Below are positions 29,851 through 43,390 of a stretch of DNA of 64,000 nt, in pieces (position 1 is the first letter of the stretch; each line of letters opens with the position of its first letter). The DNA comes from Eledone cirrhosa. Taxonomy: Eukaryota. The notes under the pieces are model-generated. The model ran no database searches. It was not told where the DNA came from and saw nothing but the letters and a program-made list of their open reading frames with translations. Location of the stretch: the NCBI GenBank assembly GCA_964016885.1, contig OZ024742.1, positions 308,512,001-308,576,000 on the forward strand, written 5' to 3'. A program made the position numbers and the translations under genes.

Positions 29851-31094
29851 AACAGTTCATCATACACATATACACACATATATATTATAACATGATCCAC
29901 ATGATATGTGCAATGTGTCCGAACACGGAAGAGCCGAACTCCCACCGTCATCGCCCCCACCTCTCTCGACCCTCCCCATCTCTCTATATAGTGAGTAAAT
30001 GGGGTCCCACGTGCTGGCCGCGCCACAGCCCCGGCGGACAGAATGAAGAAGGTGGGAGATGTGCTGGAAGAGCCATTCTATCTTCTTTGGATATGGTTTT
30101 GTATGGAAACTCATTTGACCTGTGTAGAACGTTCGTATTTCTATGGCGGATGAAGCATTCACTGGTCTATCACCTATTTTAAGAGTTATCTGAGACTACA
30201 TAACTTAATGCGTCCTTTCAGTTTTATCCGGCGGTGACAGTAATTTTGCTGCTGTTTCAAATAGTTCGAGCCACGACGTAAAGACTCTATCGATGGCCTG
30301 TTTCATACTGTAATCGATACTTCTGCTGGGTTTAACGAAAACCTAAAACTAAATCTTATGGAAATCGTATTAAAAGAGAGATGACTACAATTCTTCTTTT
30401 CTGTTGTTTTATATTTCACGTAAGAAGGTTGATATATAGAACTCTATACTGTATTTTATGAAAAACTATCTGCGAATATTGCCTTTGATCTAGGAAATAT
30501 ATCTACTCACTTAAAACGTTGTTCCTTTACAAACAGCAACTTCTGTAAGCTGTTGAAATACGGTGAAATAAAGATTTTTGAAAGGAGACGAAATCGCAGA
30601 GAAGCTTATCAGCTTTACTGTTCTCTATAGTCATTGATAACGTAGAAGCTCGAAAAATAATGTGTCTATGAGTATGTATATACGTGTGTGAGTATGTATG
30701 CATGTGTATGAGTATGTATGCGTGTGTGTATATATGCATGTGTTTGAGTACATATGCGTGTGTGTATGTGTGTATGTATGCATGTGTATGAATATGTTTG
30801 TATGTGTGTGAGTATATATGCATGTGTGTATGTATGCATGTGTATGAGTATGTTTGTATGTGTGTGAGAATGCGCGTGTAGCTATGTGTCACTATGTGTG
30901 TATATGTGAGTATTTATGTATGTGTGTGAGTATGTATGTACATATGTGTATGTATGTACGTGTATGTATATGAGTATGTATAAGAGTATGTGTGTATTTA
31001 TGTATGCGTGCATGTATATATGTGTGTATGTATGAATGCGAGTGCATATTTGTATCATGCATTATCTAATTCAATCTTGCATATTACTGCTACT

Positions 31095-31108
31095 AATACT
31101 ACTACAAC

Positions 31109-31182
<74 letters not shown>

Positions 31183-31215
31183 TTGCTACTACTACTACTA
31201 CTACGTCTACTACTA
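31095..31215. repeat. (TAG)n/(CTA)n microsatellite
   Basis: Seen directly. Confidence 0.95.
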
Positions 31216-31549
31216 CACGTAATAGTGTTACTGATGTTGTTGATGTTCTCGCAATTGTTTTTGTTTTCCAAAACAATATCCCACATTTTGCGGAACCCAA
31301 TGTAATGTTAAAGTTAGGTTGAATAGAAATACTGCATCGCTGTCACCAACATTGTGCGTTTTAGGAGGGTCTCGCATTTATTATTTATTTTTTCCTAAAG
31401 CACATTAAACGCATGCGTGCACACAGATATATATCTACATATACACACGCATACATACATACATACATACAAACATACACACACACATACATATACGTAA
31501 ATACAAATATAAATATACATGCACACACACACATATATATATACATAAT

Positions 31550-31621
<72 letters not shown>

Positions 31622-31671
31622 GAAAATGAACGACCAAAAAACAGGAGGCAATTGTACACACACATATATAA

Positions 31672-31729
<58 letters not shown>

Positions 31730-32130
31730 AAACGTCAACGAAAAATAAAGGCCAGCTTCCAATATATTCATTTATTGTTGCATAAATACCTAACACGTAT
31801 TTTTATGATCGGCTTACGCCATCAGATAATGATGCAAGAAAATCGCCTAGGTCGTCAGGTGTATTTAACATGAAAGATTTAAAAGATTTAGTAATCTCTA
31901 CTGGGTTATGGCAAAATATAAATCATGAGTTGATACAGAGCCCGTCTGTTTCAGTGATCAAATCGCTGGACTGCATACATACATACATGCATGCATACAT
32001 ACATACATACATACATACATACATACATACATACATACATACATACATACAAACATACATACATACATACATACATACATACATACATACATACATACAT
32101 ACATACATACATACATACATACATACATAC

Positions 32131-32557
32131 ATCTGCAGATACTCCACCCTGACTATACCTTCAAATTTATACCTGCAATTATTGGGGAACTGGGATATGT
32201 TAGTAACTGCCTCATTACAAATCTTGAGAAAATGGGCTTCACAGAACCAGAAAGAACACGACTAGTTAGGAAATTACAAGTACAATTCATTAATGGAACA
32301 GTAAAAATATGTATAAAGTTCTGCATGTGCACATGGACAGATACAAAACATATACACATGCAATATATAATTCAAAACATCCACATCCACACATACAATA
32401 ACATCCATACCGGCACACACACGTACGCATGCAGACATGCAGACATATCTACCCAGTTGATGTTGTTTAAATTCCATTGAAAGAGTCTTGTATCTATGTT
32501 ACAAACCGACACTCTCTCTATTGATAAACATTTATAAAATCATAAAACGAGAAGAAC
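32131..32557 (+). mobile_element. R4/Dong-like RLE retrotransposon 3' fragment A
   Basis: Homologous to the 3' ends of fragments B and C; flanked by (CATA)n on both sides. Confidence 0.85.
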
Positions 32558-32569
32558 ATACATACATAC

Positions 32570-33450
32570 ATTAACACGAAATACCTGATTCACAAAAGAG
32601 ATAGGGATGCAGGCAAAACACCTAGATGTGATAACACGTGCAGACTCTGCAAAACTAACATCGAAGATATCACCCATGTCATCAGCAGCTGTCCAAAGAT
32701 GTCATCGCGGTACTATCTACCTATGAGGCATGATGTAGTGGCCTAAACACTGTACAATGAAATCCGTAGAAAAGATAGCCCCGATAATAAACACATTAAA
32801 AGCTATAGCAATGTGGAAGACGTCCATGTACATAATATGAAAGAGTACTGGTGGAATGTTCCAGTAAAAACCCCAATACAATGCAGGCATAACAAACCAG
32901 ATATTATGATATGGAACAGGGAGAAGAAAGCATGCACAGTAGTGGAAAGTAGCTGCCCAGCAGATGCCAATATAATATCAAAGATTGGCGAAAAGGAGAA
33001 TATTTATGCAGAACTGATGAGAAATCTGCAGATTCTCCACCCTGATTACACCTTCAGATTTATGCCTGTGATTATTGAGGCACTGGGGTATGTTAGTAAC
33101 TGCCTCAATACAAATCTTGAGAAGCTAGGCTTCACTGGAACAGAAAGAACACAACTAGTTAGGGAATTACAAGTATAATCCATTAATGGAACAGTTAAAA
33201 TATGTAAAACATTCCAAACATTTTGCATCTAATAACTGCATGTACAGATACTAAGCATATACACATGCACACATACAACTCAAAACATACACATCCACAC
33301 ATACAATAACATCCATATCTACACATGCATGCATACATAATCTACCTAGTTGATGTTGTGTAAATTCCAATGAGAGAGTCTTGTGTCTATGTTAGAAACC
33401 GACTTTCTCTCTATTGGGAAAAATGTGTGAAATTATAAAACCAGAACAAC
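32570..33450 (+). mobile_element. R4/Dong-like RLE retrotransposon 3' fragment B
   Basis: Encodes CRLCKTNIEDITHVISSCP (CCHC knuckle), RHD, NKPDIMIW..VVE.SCP and KENIY (restriction-like endonuclease). It has an internal stop and ends GAACAAC-(ATAC)n. Confidence 0.9.
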
Positions 33451-33546
33451 ATACATACACACATACATACATACATACATACATACATACATACATACAT
33501 ACATACATACATACATACATACATACATACATACATACATACATAC

Positions 33547-34926
33547 GAAATCCGATCAGTTGATGTTGGAACTCGAAAAATACTAAACAACACCGGAAAC
33601 TTCCACATCAACAGTGACATAGACCGCCTTTACTTGAAACGTAAGGAGGGAGTCAAAGGCCTAACATCAGTCCAGACAACATTTGAATGTCGCATCATAT
33701 CTCTCGGACAACATCTACGATCCTCGAAGCGTAGGAGCCCGTTTCTCGAGCAAGTCTATCTGCATGAAACACATAAGATCATGAGAGTTGGGAAGGAACT
33801 CCTCGAGAGATATTCCCTGTGTGATAATCAAAAACTCACACCCAGGGAAGTCGCTCAGCAGTATCGAAATGAATCCATGGATGAAAAACTGCATGCATAT
33901 CAGCAAAAAATCATGCATGGATATGTTGCCAGGAAGATCTAGAGAGAGAGTAATATAGATACTGAAAGTAGTCTATCTTCGACCAACAACCGCTATATTG
34001 GCTCCCACTTTGAAGGATACGCTTTTGCAATCCAAGAACAGGAGATTAACTCGAAATACCTGATTCACAATTGAGATAGGGATACAGGCAAAACACCTAT
34101 ATGTGATAACAAGTGGAGACTCTGCAGAACTAACATCGAGGATATCACTCATGTCATCAGCAGCTGTCCAAAGATGTCATCGCGGTACGATCTACCTTTG
34201 AGGCATGATCGTAGTGGCCAAAACACTGTACAATGCAGTTCGTAAAAAAGATAGCCCCGATAATAAACACATTAAAAGCTACAACAATGTGGAAGACATC
34301 CATGTACATAATATGAAAGAGTACTGGTGGAATGTTCCAGTAAAATCCCCAATAAAATGCAGGCATAACAGACCAGATATTATGATATGGGACAGGGAGA
34401 AGAAAGTATGCACAGTAGTGGAAATTAGCTGACCAGCAGATGCCAATATAATATCAAAGATTAGTGAAAAGGAGAATATTTATGCAGAACTGATGAGAAA
34501 TCTGCGATACTCCACCCTGATTACACCTTCAGATTTATGCCTGTGATTATTGGGGCACTGGGGTATGTTAGTAACTGCCTCAATACAAATCTTGAGAAGC
34601 TAGGCTTCACAGGAACAGAAAGAACACAACTAGTTAGGAAATTACAAGTACAATCCATTAATGGAACAGTAAAAATATGTAAAACATTCCAAAAATGTTG
34701 CATCTAATAACTGCATGTACCGATACTAAGCATATACACATGCACACATACAACTCAAAACATACACATCCACACATACAATAACATCCATATCTACACA
34801 TGCATGCATACATAATCTACCTAGTTGATGTTGTGTGAATTTCAATGAGAGAGTCTTGTGTCTATGTTAGAAACCGACTCTCTCTCTATTGGGAAAAAAT
34901 TTGTGAAATTTTAAAATCAGAACAAC
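33547..34926 (+). mobile_element. R4/Dong-like RLE retrotransposon 3' fragment C
   Basis: Encodes DIDRLYLKRKEGVKGL, KIMHG, AIQEQEI, a decayed zinc knuckle and RPDIMIW, with stops and frameshifts. It ends GAACAAC-(ATAC)n. Confidence 0.9.
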
Positions 34927-35030
34927 ATACATACACACATACATACACACATACATACATACATACATACATACATACATACATACATACATACATACAT
35001 ACATACATACATACATACATACATACATAC

Positions 35031-35219
35031 ATTCTATGTCGGGTCACTCTTGAGTGCCACTGGTAACATGTAACCCAGTACAACCTGTCGCATGGTCGGG
35101 TCGTCGGCGACTAAACCGGCAACCCCACCAAGTTTACTTGGTTAGTAGGGTGATTTTAGACACACTGCAGGACAAAAAACAAAACCTGACAAAGGGCGGA
35201 AGAACTCATAAGAGTCAAC
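35031..35219 (+). mobile_element. ~190-bp structured insert inside (CATA)n
   Basis: Non-repetitive GC-richer segment between CATA arrays, ending CAAC-ATAC, with several hairpins. Confidence 0.5.
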
Positions 35220-36384
35220 ATACATACATACATACATACATACATACATACATACATACATACATACATACATACATACATACATACATGCATACATACA
35301 TGCATACATGTATACATACATACATGCATACAAACAAACAATCATTCGCTATGTCGTGTGTATTTCTGAGTATGGCTGTGTATATTTATGTTGTTAATGT
35401 TATTTAGCACTATGTCGGTCTTTAACGAGCATTATGTAATATTAATATCGGTCCTTGTGTGTTTATTCTATCGTTTTATTTATTTTCTTTCATATTAGAG
35501 ATTACATTGTTCATCTTAGTTTAAAACGATTGGGGTGTGATTTGAGGAATATGTATGTACTATTTCTAACAAATTCTAGTAACCACTTAGACGTCCCGAA
35601 TTTACGTTGGAATGTGTGTTACTGACTGATTTTCAATTATTTTGCAGTAGTTATTATACATATTTTACATCACCCCCCCCCTCTCTCTCTCTCCCAAGTT
35701 TACTTTGAAAATGATCGCCAATTCCTCCCTAACAAACATAGCATTACATTACATTACACTACATTACATTTCCTCGAACATTCTAGTAGCAATGCAAATA
35801 TTCCTCGCTGCAACCGGATTTTCTTTGTAAAGCTCGTCCAAGCATACAGTTCAGCATTCCGTAAACGTTCAAATGTAAATATAAAAACAAATTCTCGCTC
35901 ACCCGCAACTGGCACACTCCACACAGAATAATATAAAACATAAAATGGAGAAAGTGAAAGAGAACGGTTTTGCCAGTTCAGAACAAACAGCGCAATCAAT
36001 CGACAGTAAATGCATATAAGTGTCCGTCGGTTATCTTAAGTACGTAAGGATACTGAAGAAATGCTTTTGATTACTATTCTTCAGGGGAAGATTCGGTATG
36101 AGGGGTAGAGGGAGAGGGAGGAAGAAAGAGAGAGCGTGGAATAGGGATGAGGGAAGACAGGTGAGTTAGACACACTGATAAAACTGAGAGTGAGAGACAG
36201 AGAGATACAGATAGGCATAGATGTAGACAGGCGGACAGGCAGACAGACGGAAAGTCCGGCAAACGGACAGAAAGTTAATAAAAATAGAGAGACAGACGTT
36301 TGGATAAACAGACAGCGAGGGGGAGGACAGAGAAAAGAAAACAAAGAAACAGAAGGGGAAATATAAAGAAAAGTAGAAAGAACA

Positions 36385-36500
36385 GCAACAACAAAAAGAA
36401 GAAGAAGAAGAAGAAGAAGAAGAAGAAGAAGAGGAAGAGGAAGAGGAAGAAGAAGAAGACCACCAACAACAACAGCAACAATACTACCAACAACAACCAA
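36385..36500. repeat. (AAG)n/(AAC)n microsatellite
   Basis: Seen directly. Confidence 0.9.
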
Positions 36501-36914
36501 AGTTCCGATGAAGTAATAGAAGCACAGGCGAATGTTTATGATTTGTGTTTTCTTGGGAGCTTGTGCTTTGATATGGATTTTTTAGGATGGGATACCTGTA
36601 TCTGATTCTCATTTGTTGATAAATGAAGAGTGTACACGTATAGAAGTTGTTTTCTCTTGATACGAGGAATGGAAGAAAGTTATATCAGCAATACGATGGT
36701 TGGTGGAAACAAATCAAATGTAAATAAATTCAGGGAATATATACAAACAATTTGTAGTAGCAATGATAGCGAGGTGTTAGTGTTTAAATCTAAAATATAT
36801 CGCATGGAATTATACTATAAAGGTATACACGTAGATGCAAAACATACTTACATAGAGCTGTATGTATTTATATATATTTGTTTTTTTCTGTTTACTTTCT
36901 ACATACACACACAC

Positions 36915-36978
<64 letters not shown>

Positions 36979-36981
<3 letters not shown>

Positions 36982-37690
36982 TCCTCAGTGTATACTGATT
37001 AATGTTCAGAGCCATCTCAGCATTCTCGTGTAGCACCCATCCACCATCTGAGTGAGTTTCTTGGTCAGTGTCCAAGTCTCAGACCTGTACAGCAGCACAG
37101 ACTCCACTACAGCAATGAAGAGGCGGATTTTCAGGTATTTACGAAGGTCCGACTTCCACACCCATGTCAAGCTGTGGCACGCCGCCCAGGATTTGCTCTT
37201 CCTCTCACCCACATCATCTTCCGTATTCCCAATCTTTGCCCCCAAATACAGGAAGTCCTCAACCAATTCTAGCGGCTTCCCGCCAACATTAGTGATCCCA
37301 TCTGGCTTCTCAACATTCTCTACCAGATATTTTGTTTTAGTCTCATTCATTCTCAGCCCCACACTCAGTCTCAACCTCCTGCATCAAATCCTGTGCCTCC
37401 TTCACTCAGAGCTGTATGGGAGCCTCCCAAAAGTCAGTTCAAAAGTGACACAGAGGAGACTGAGGTTAGCTGGACATGCTCACCGACATCCAGAGTTGAC
37501 ATTGCACTCAGTGCTCCTGTAGGAGCCCCTACATGGACACACTGGAAGAGGAAGACCAAGGTTAACGTATGTTGATGCCCTAAGGACAGGCACTGGTCTG
37601 TTGGAGACGCAGGACATGGCAGCGATAATGAGGGACAGAGACCGCTGGAGAGAACTCGTCCATGGATCTCGGGAATTTTACCCGCCCTAG
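36979..37690 (+). mobile_element. RTE-clade LINE 3' fragment with inverted 5' segment (36979-37404 is on minus)
   Basis: Minus ORF encodes VGLRMNETKTKY..FLYLGAKI..SVLLYRSETWTLTK. Plus part encodes SELYGSLPK..RLRLAGH. The 3' end matches the 23245 copy, and both flanks are (TA)n. Confidence 0.9.
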
Positions 37691-37710
37691 AATATATATA
37701 TATATATATA

Positions 37711-37900
37711 ACGAAGGAAGTGTGGTAAGGAACCAGATGGACCATAACGCACCAGAGAACCCAATACTTAAGGTAGTAGAGTGGGTAATAGGAAAAGGTT
37801 TAACCCAGACGGCAGAGCTCAAGCCGTTTCGACGGCTATTTCAGTCCAGAAATAGCGGTCGGAACGGCTTGAGCTCTGCCCTCGGGGTTAAACTTTTTCC
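37711..37900. mobile_element. TA-flanked hairpin element, copy 2 (opposite orientation, complete)
   Basis: (TA)n-ACGAAGG...tail...GGAAAAGGTTTAACCC..palindrome..GGGTTAAACTTTTTCC-(TA)n. Confidence 0.85.
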
Positions 37901-37911
37901 TATATATATAG

Positions 37912-37973
<62 letters not shown>

Positions 37974-38145
37974 TTACATATATATATAGTTCGGTAACTA
38001 CTGTAGGTACCCGTTTACGTGTGTTGTGTTGAAGCGAATAATTATGTACATACCCTGTGAGTTTATTTAACATTACCTATTGAGTACGCTGAGATGCAAC
38101 CGGTCCTAGCAGTGATACCTATGCTAGGTCCTTCAACTTATTGTG

Positions 38146-38203
<58 letters not shown>

Positions 38204-38302
38204 TATAGAAAAATGTTTGACCTCGACGGCAGAGCTCAAGCCGTTTCGATATATATATATATATATAATTATTTATATATATATATATATCATTAACATA
38301 AC

Positions 38303-38393
38303 AGAAGTTTGACGAGCTTTTGAATCCAGAGTAGGGTCAGATCAGTACAGATCGAGGCTTGAGCTGATCAATCGCGAAACATGCGTCACATCT
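38303..38393 (+). ncRNA. degenerate type I hammerhead with long stem II
   Basis: AGAAGT-TTGACGA-GC...GC-GAAA-C ATGC GTC-ACATCT. C3 is changed to U, the triplet is GUC, and stem I pairs 5 of 6. It lies in a ~145-bp island between TA runs. Confidence 0.5.
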
Positions 38394-38716
38394 CCATTAT
38401 TGAGATGAAGACGTAACACCTCGTCCTTTTTATTATATATATATATATATAAATATATATATATACATATATATATATATACACAAACAAACATGCATAT
38501 ATTGCAGTTACATAAATACGTACATAGATGTTTCTCTGAGGGTGTATTTTATGTGAGGGTGTATCGCTTCACCTATGTCGCAATAATTGTGGTTGAGAAA
38601 ATTATTCATATATTAACCCTCTCTCACACTTCAATTCCTCCCCTTCTTACTCCCTACTCACAATACCTGATATTCGGTGTTGCTTTCTCAAAGCACCGGT
38701 GACAAATGAGATCTGC

Positions 38717-38764
38717 AAAAGAGATATAGAAAGCCAATATCTATTGGCTTTCTATATCTCTTTT
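38717..38764. repeat. perfect palindrome with 23-bp arms
   Basis: AAAAGAGATATAGAAAGCCAATA-TC-TATTGGCTTTCTATATCTCTTTT. Confidence 0.95.
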
Positions 38765-38807
38765 AGAGGTAGCTTAAACACAAAAAACCAAAGCGCAAAT
38801 TTAAATG

Positions 38808-40020
38808 TGCACATTATTAAAAGCACAGTCACTGGTAATACACAATATTAAAGCTCAGTCACTAACACTACACAGTATTAAAGCTCAGCCATTGATAATG
38901 CACACTATTAAAACCTCAAACACTAACACTACACAGTATTAAAGCTCAGTCATTGATAATGCACAGTATTAAAACCTCAGACACTAACACTACACAGTAT
39001 TAAAGCTCAGTCATTGATAATGCACAGTATTAAAACCTCAAACACTAACACTACACAGTATTAAAGCTCAGTCATTGATAATGCACAGTATTAAAACCTC
39101 AAACACTAACACTACACAGTATTAAAGGTCAGTCATTGATAATGCACAGTATTAAAACCTCAGACACTAACACTACACAGTATTAAAGCTCAGCCATTGA
39201 TAATGCACACTATTAAAACCTCAAACACTAACACTACACAGTATTAAAGGTCAGTCATTGATAATGTACAGTATTAAAACCTCAGACACTAACACTACAC
39301 ACTATTAAAGCTCAGTCATTGATTATGCACAGTATTAAAACCTCAAACACTAACAGTACACAGTATTAAAAGCTCAGCCACTGATACTACACAGTATTAA
39401 AACCTCAAACACTAACACTACACAGTATTAAAACCTCAAAAACTAACACTACACTATTAAAAGCTCAGCCACTAACACTACACAGTATTAAAACCTCAGA
39501 CACTAACACTACACAGTATTAAAAGCTCAGCCACTGATACTACACAGTATTAAAACCTCAGACACTAACACTACACAGTATTAAAACCTCAGTCACTGAT
39601 ACTACACAGTATTAAAACCTCAAACACTAACACTACACAGTATTAAAAGCTCAGCCACTGATACTACACAGTATTAAAACCTCAGACACTAACACTACAC
39701 AGTATTAAAAGCTCAGTCACTGATATTACACAGAATTAAAACCTCAGACACTAACACTACACAGTATTAAAAGCTCAGACACTAACACTACATAGTATTA
39801 AAGCTCAGTCACTGATATTATACAGTATTAAACGCTCAAACACTAACACTACACCATATTAAAAGCTCAGTCACTGATATTACACAGTATTAAAACCTCA
39901 GACACTGATACTACACAGTATTAAAACCTCAGACACTAACACTACACAGTATTGAAGCTCAATCATTGATACTACACAGTATTAAAATCTCAGACACTGA
40001 CATTACACAATATTAAAGTT
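38808..40020. repeat. 30/31-bp minisatellite, about 39 units, partly arranged as 61-bp dimers
   Basis: ACACAGTATTAAAGCTCAGTCATTGATAAT alternates with GCACAGTATTAAAACCTCAGACACTAACACT. Confidence 0.95.
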
Positions 40021-40859
40021 TTAGCACATGCAACTATAGGAAAGAAGGAGAATAAGAAAAGTAAATGTAGAATCTGTGTAAATTAGAAATTAACTATTGA
40101 CTATATTACTTCTCACTGCCAGATCTTAACCAATAGTGAACACATATACAGATTTATTAAAGTTAAGAGGCATTTATATGTTGATAATCTAACTTTCTTC
40201 ACGCAATTTAATATATTCTGGGAGAGATTTTAATCACTTAATTCAGTCATTGTATTTATCTAGTATATATTTTATTGATCAAGGAAGGAAAAACTGCCAC
40301 ATTTAAATTTTATGCTATGATATTTTCTTTACTGGAAATAATTAACTGAATATCTAAGGTCCATTTATAATTCATATCCTCTACTGTGAGAGTAACCTGT
40401 CCTCCCTGGAGTGGGAACAAAAGCTATCTTGCTCCAACTAGCAGAATATCTCTCGAAAACCCTGAAGGACATAAATCGTAAATGACTTGAAAAGCATCAA
40501 TTTTCACGCTGACAGAACAACACAATAAAACCCTTCAGATATTATTATCAAAGATCACCATTCATGAGAATACCTCCTGGCATAAATATTAACCAACAAT
40601 ATATCGACAAACTGTTTGGAGAATTTGTCCAACTGTAAAGATTTATAAATAGCGATACACAGAATATTGAGGTGGGAATAAAACAGGAATAATGCGAATA
40701 GGGATGATTCAAGTGGAAATATTCAGTTGCACAAGGCACAAACGAATTTATATTAAAATTGAAGGACACATAGCATAGAAACTATGAATAATATTATCGG
40801 AGAACGGAGATGTATTACGTAGAGTACTATAAACAGAATAAATTCAAATACGTTGTTGG

Positions 40860-41065
40860 GGTTCCGTCGGCTCCGGCGATGAGTTACCAGTTGAGCGAAC
40901 AACGGAAGAACATGTTCATGAAGTGAACGTGCAACTGCCTGACCATTCTACGGGCACACGTAGACTAATGTAGTTCTCAAGTGAAGAACAGGTACAGTTT
41001 ATTTTTGTCAGTTGAGTAGTTTGGAGCAACGTAAAATAAAGTGTCTAGCTCAAGGACACAACGTC
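40860..41065 (-). mobile_element. SINE family A fragment
   Basis: TTGGAGCAACGTAAAATAAAGTGTCTAGCTCAAGGACACAAC. Confidence 0.7.
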
Positions 41066-41272
41066 GGAAACAAACATATACACACAAGCACTGGGTCTAA
41101 ACAGCAAATACAGAATCAATGTTGGTCCTTCATCAGAAGATAGAATGAGAAATAGAAGAAATAGAAATCTAAACGGGCGTAAGAAAGGGGAATTTTTACT
41201 GGAGAAAGCATGTTTTTAGGCACCGAATTGTATATATGTATATGTGTATGTATATATGTATATGTGTATGTC

Positions 41273-41414
<142 letters not shown>

Positions 41415-41517
41415 GATTGGCAGATAAATTAACTATGGAGATATAAAAGATACAGAAGCGAAAACCAACCCAAACCAAATAGTGAGTGTGTTCTGTTATT
41501 ATTTCTGGCAATATTAC

Positions 41518-41685
41518 AGGGCTCAAGCCGTTTCGACGGCTATTTCTGAGTCCAGAAATAGCCGTCGAAACGGCTTGAGCTCTGCCGTCGGGGTTAAACA
41601 TTTTCCTATTACCCACTCTACTACCCTAAGTATTGAGTACTCTGGTGCGTTATGGTCCATCTGGTTCCTTACCCCACCTCCTTCG

Positions 41686-41688
<3 letters not shown>
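41518..41688. mobile_element. TA-flanked hairpin element, copy 3 (one arm shortened)
   Basis: GCTCAAGCCGTTTCGACGGCTATTTCTG-AGTC-CAGAAATAGCCGTCGAAACGGCTTGAGC plus a tail ending CTTCGT-(TA)n. Confidence 0.85.
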
Positions 41689-41729
<41 letters not shown>

Positions 41730-42855
41730 GTCGAGAGCTTTATTCAATTTGTGATATTTTGCATTCTCGCAATATTATACACAACTGAATTCATTCGCCT
41801 AATATAAGTGTTGCCTCCCTTGCTGAACTCCACGTGGGGTCAGTAATAGTCACACTTATGTATAGCATTTGAGCAAAAACCTGTTGATAAAGTGACTTCC
41901 TTGTTCGGTCATCTTACCAGAAGCCTAACATTCTTTATGTAAGCGGACAGTAGTTGATTTATGGAGTCGCAGAAACCCAAATACTGGATTTTACCATCAC
42001 TCCAGGGGTCCGGGTAAATTTTCAATCACATATATTTTTATTGTTTGACCCGAATTACTTGGTCGTTTTTTGGGGCTGTGCGGATGATTAGTTTAACCAC
42101 CATCTCAGTGTGTTTGGCCTTTAACGTATGTATAGCTCTGATTTATATGAATCATCGAGCACTTGCCACACATCTCGGAAGTTGTTTTTCGTTGATTCCT
42201 GAGCTGAAATACGATTCTCGCTAATTTATATTTATATATATATATATATTGTATGCCACAAATAAACGGAAGCAACAACGCAAACAACTCACTCAGTACA
42301 ATACATATAGCACTTATCTATGTATACATGTATATATGTATGCATGTATATATATGTATGTATGTCTAAGTATTCATATGTGTGTATTTTTTTCTATATT
42401 GATTTATTACTCTAACAATAGAAACCAAAATGCAATGAATTCTCTGCGATTGACCTAGTTAAGTAGGCGATGTGTCTGCTTCGATCAGTACAGTTTCTGA
42501 CCATTTACAATCGATTACCGTATTCTACATACCGTAAAAATCTTATTGCTCATATTGAGAAAATAACACAAGTCATGAACTGGTATTAATCAAAGAATGA
42601 AGGCGAAGAAATTATACAGAAGCTGGCAGACGACTGAGAAGAGAAAAAAGCATGTTTTGCATATTTGGAATGATTTAAGTTGTGTGGAATTTATTTTTTC
42701 TTTGTGTTTGTTTGTTTCTCAATGAAATGGAATAAATAATTAATTAGTTCTATGCAATTATATTTTTTATATCTTTCTAATGCATATTGAGTGTTCCCCC
42801 TTCCTCTCTATATGGTTAAGAGGTTTGGTTTCACAAAGAAGTTGTCGAACGTGTG

Positions 42856-42975
<120 letters not shown>

Positions 42976-43056
42976 TGTGTGTATGTGTGTGTGAGAGAGA
43001 GAGAGAGAATGTGTGTCTGTGTGAGTGTGTGTGTGTATGTATGTGTGTGTGTATTA

Positions 43057-43390
43057 AGGCGGTGAATTGGCAGTGTGGTTAGTACGTCAGATAGAAGGCT
43101 TTGCGGTATTCCTTTCAGCTATCTGCTCTCTGAGTTTGAATCTAGCCATGATCAGCTTTGCCTTTCATTCATTCGAGGTCGATAAAATAGCATCACTCTA
43201 ACACGGGGATCGATTCTTCCTCTATATTCTTTCTCCCTTCCATTCTTTTACTCTTTATCCTTCTGTGGAACAAATCTGCTGTATCCAGACCTAAAGAAGG
43301 GGTGGGCTCTGTCAGGTTTTAAAAAATACCTTAGATACGCCGTATGTTAATGCGGCACCCCTACGACACCCTTAGGAGTTACGGGTCCAT
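43057..43390 (+). mobile_element. SINE family B, long-tail variant
   Basis: Matches 22560-22855. Confidence 0.75.

Noticed and set aside
33012-33025. CTGATGA-GAAA (also near 34490)
   Set aside because: It lies within LINE coding sequence (ELMRN) with no stem II; a chance match.
35945-36050. AAAATGG start giving MEKVKENGFASSEQTAQSID, with possible donors downstream
   Set aside because: Short, weak donors, and no recognisable homology or downstream exon.
38095-38140. Hairpin CCTAGCA/TGCTAGG next to TTGAAGG on minus
   Set aside because: Both halves of a hammerhead core would need several mutations.
38808-40020. CRISPR-like periodicity
   Set aside because: Contiguous tandem units without unique spacers, in eukaryotic context.
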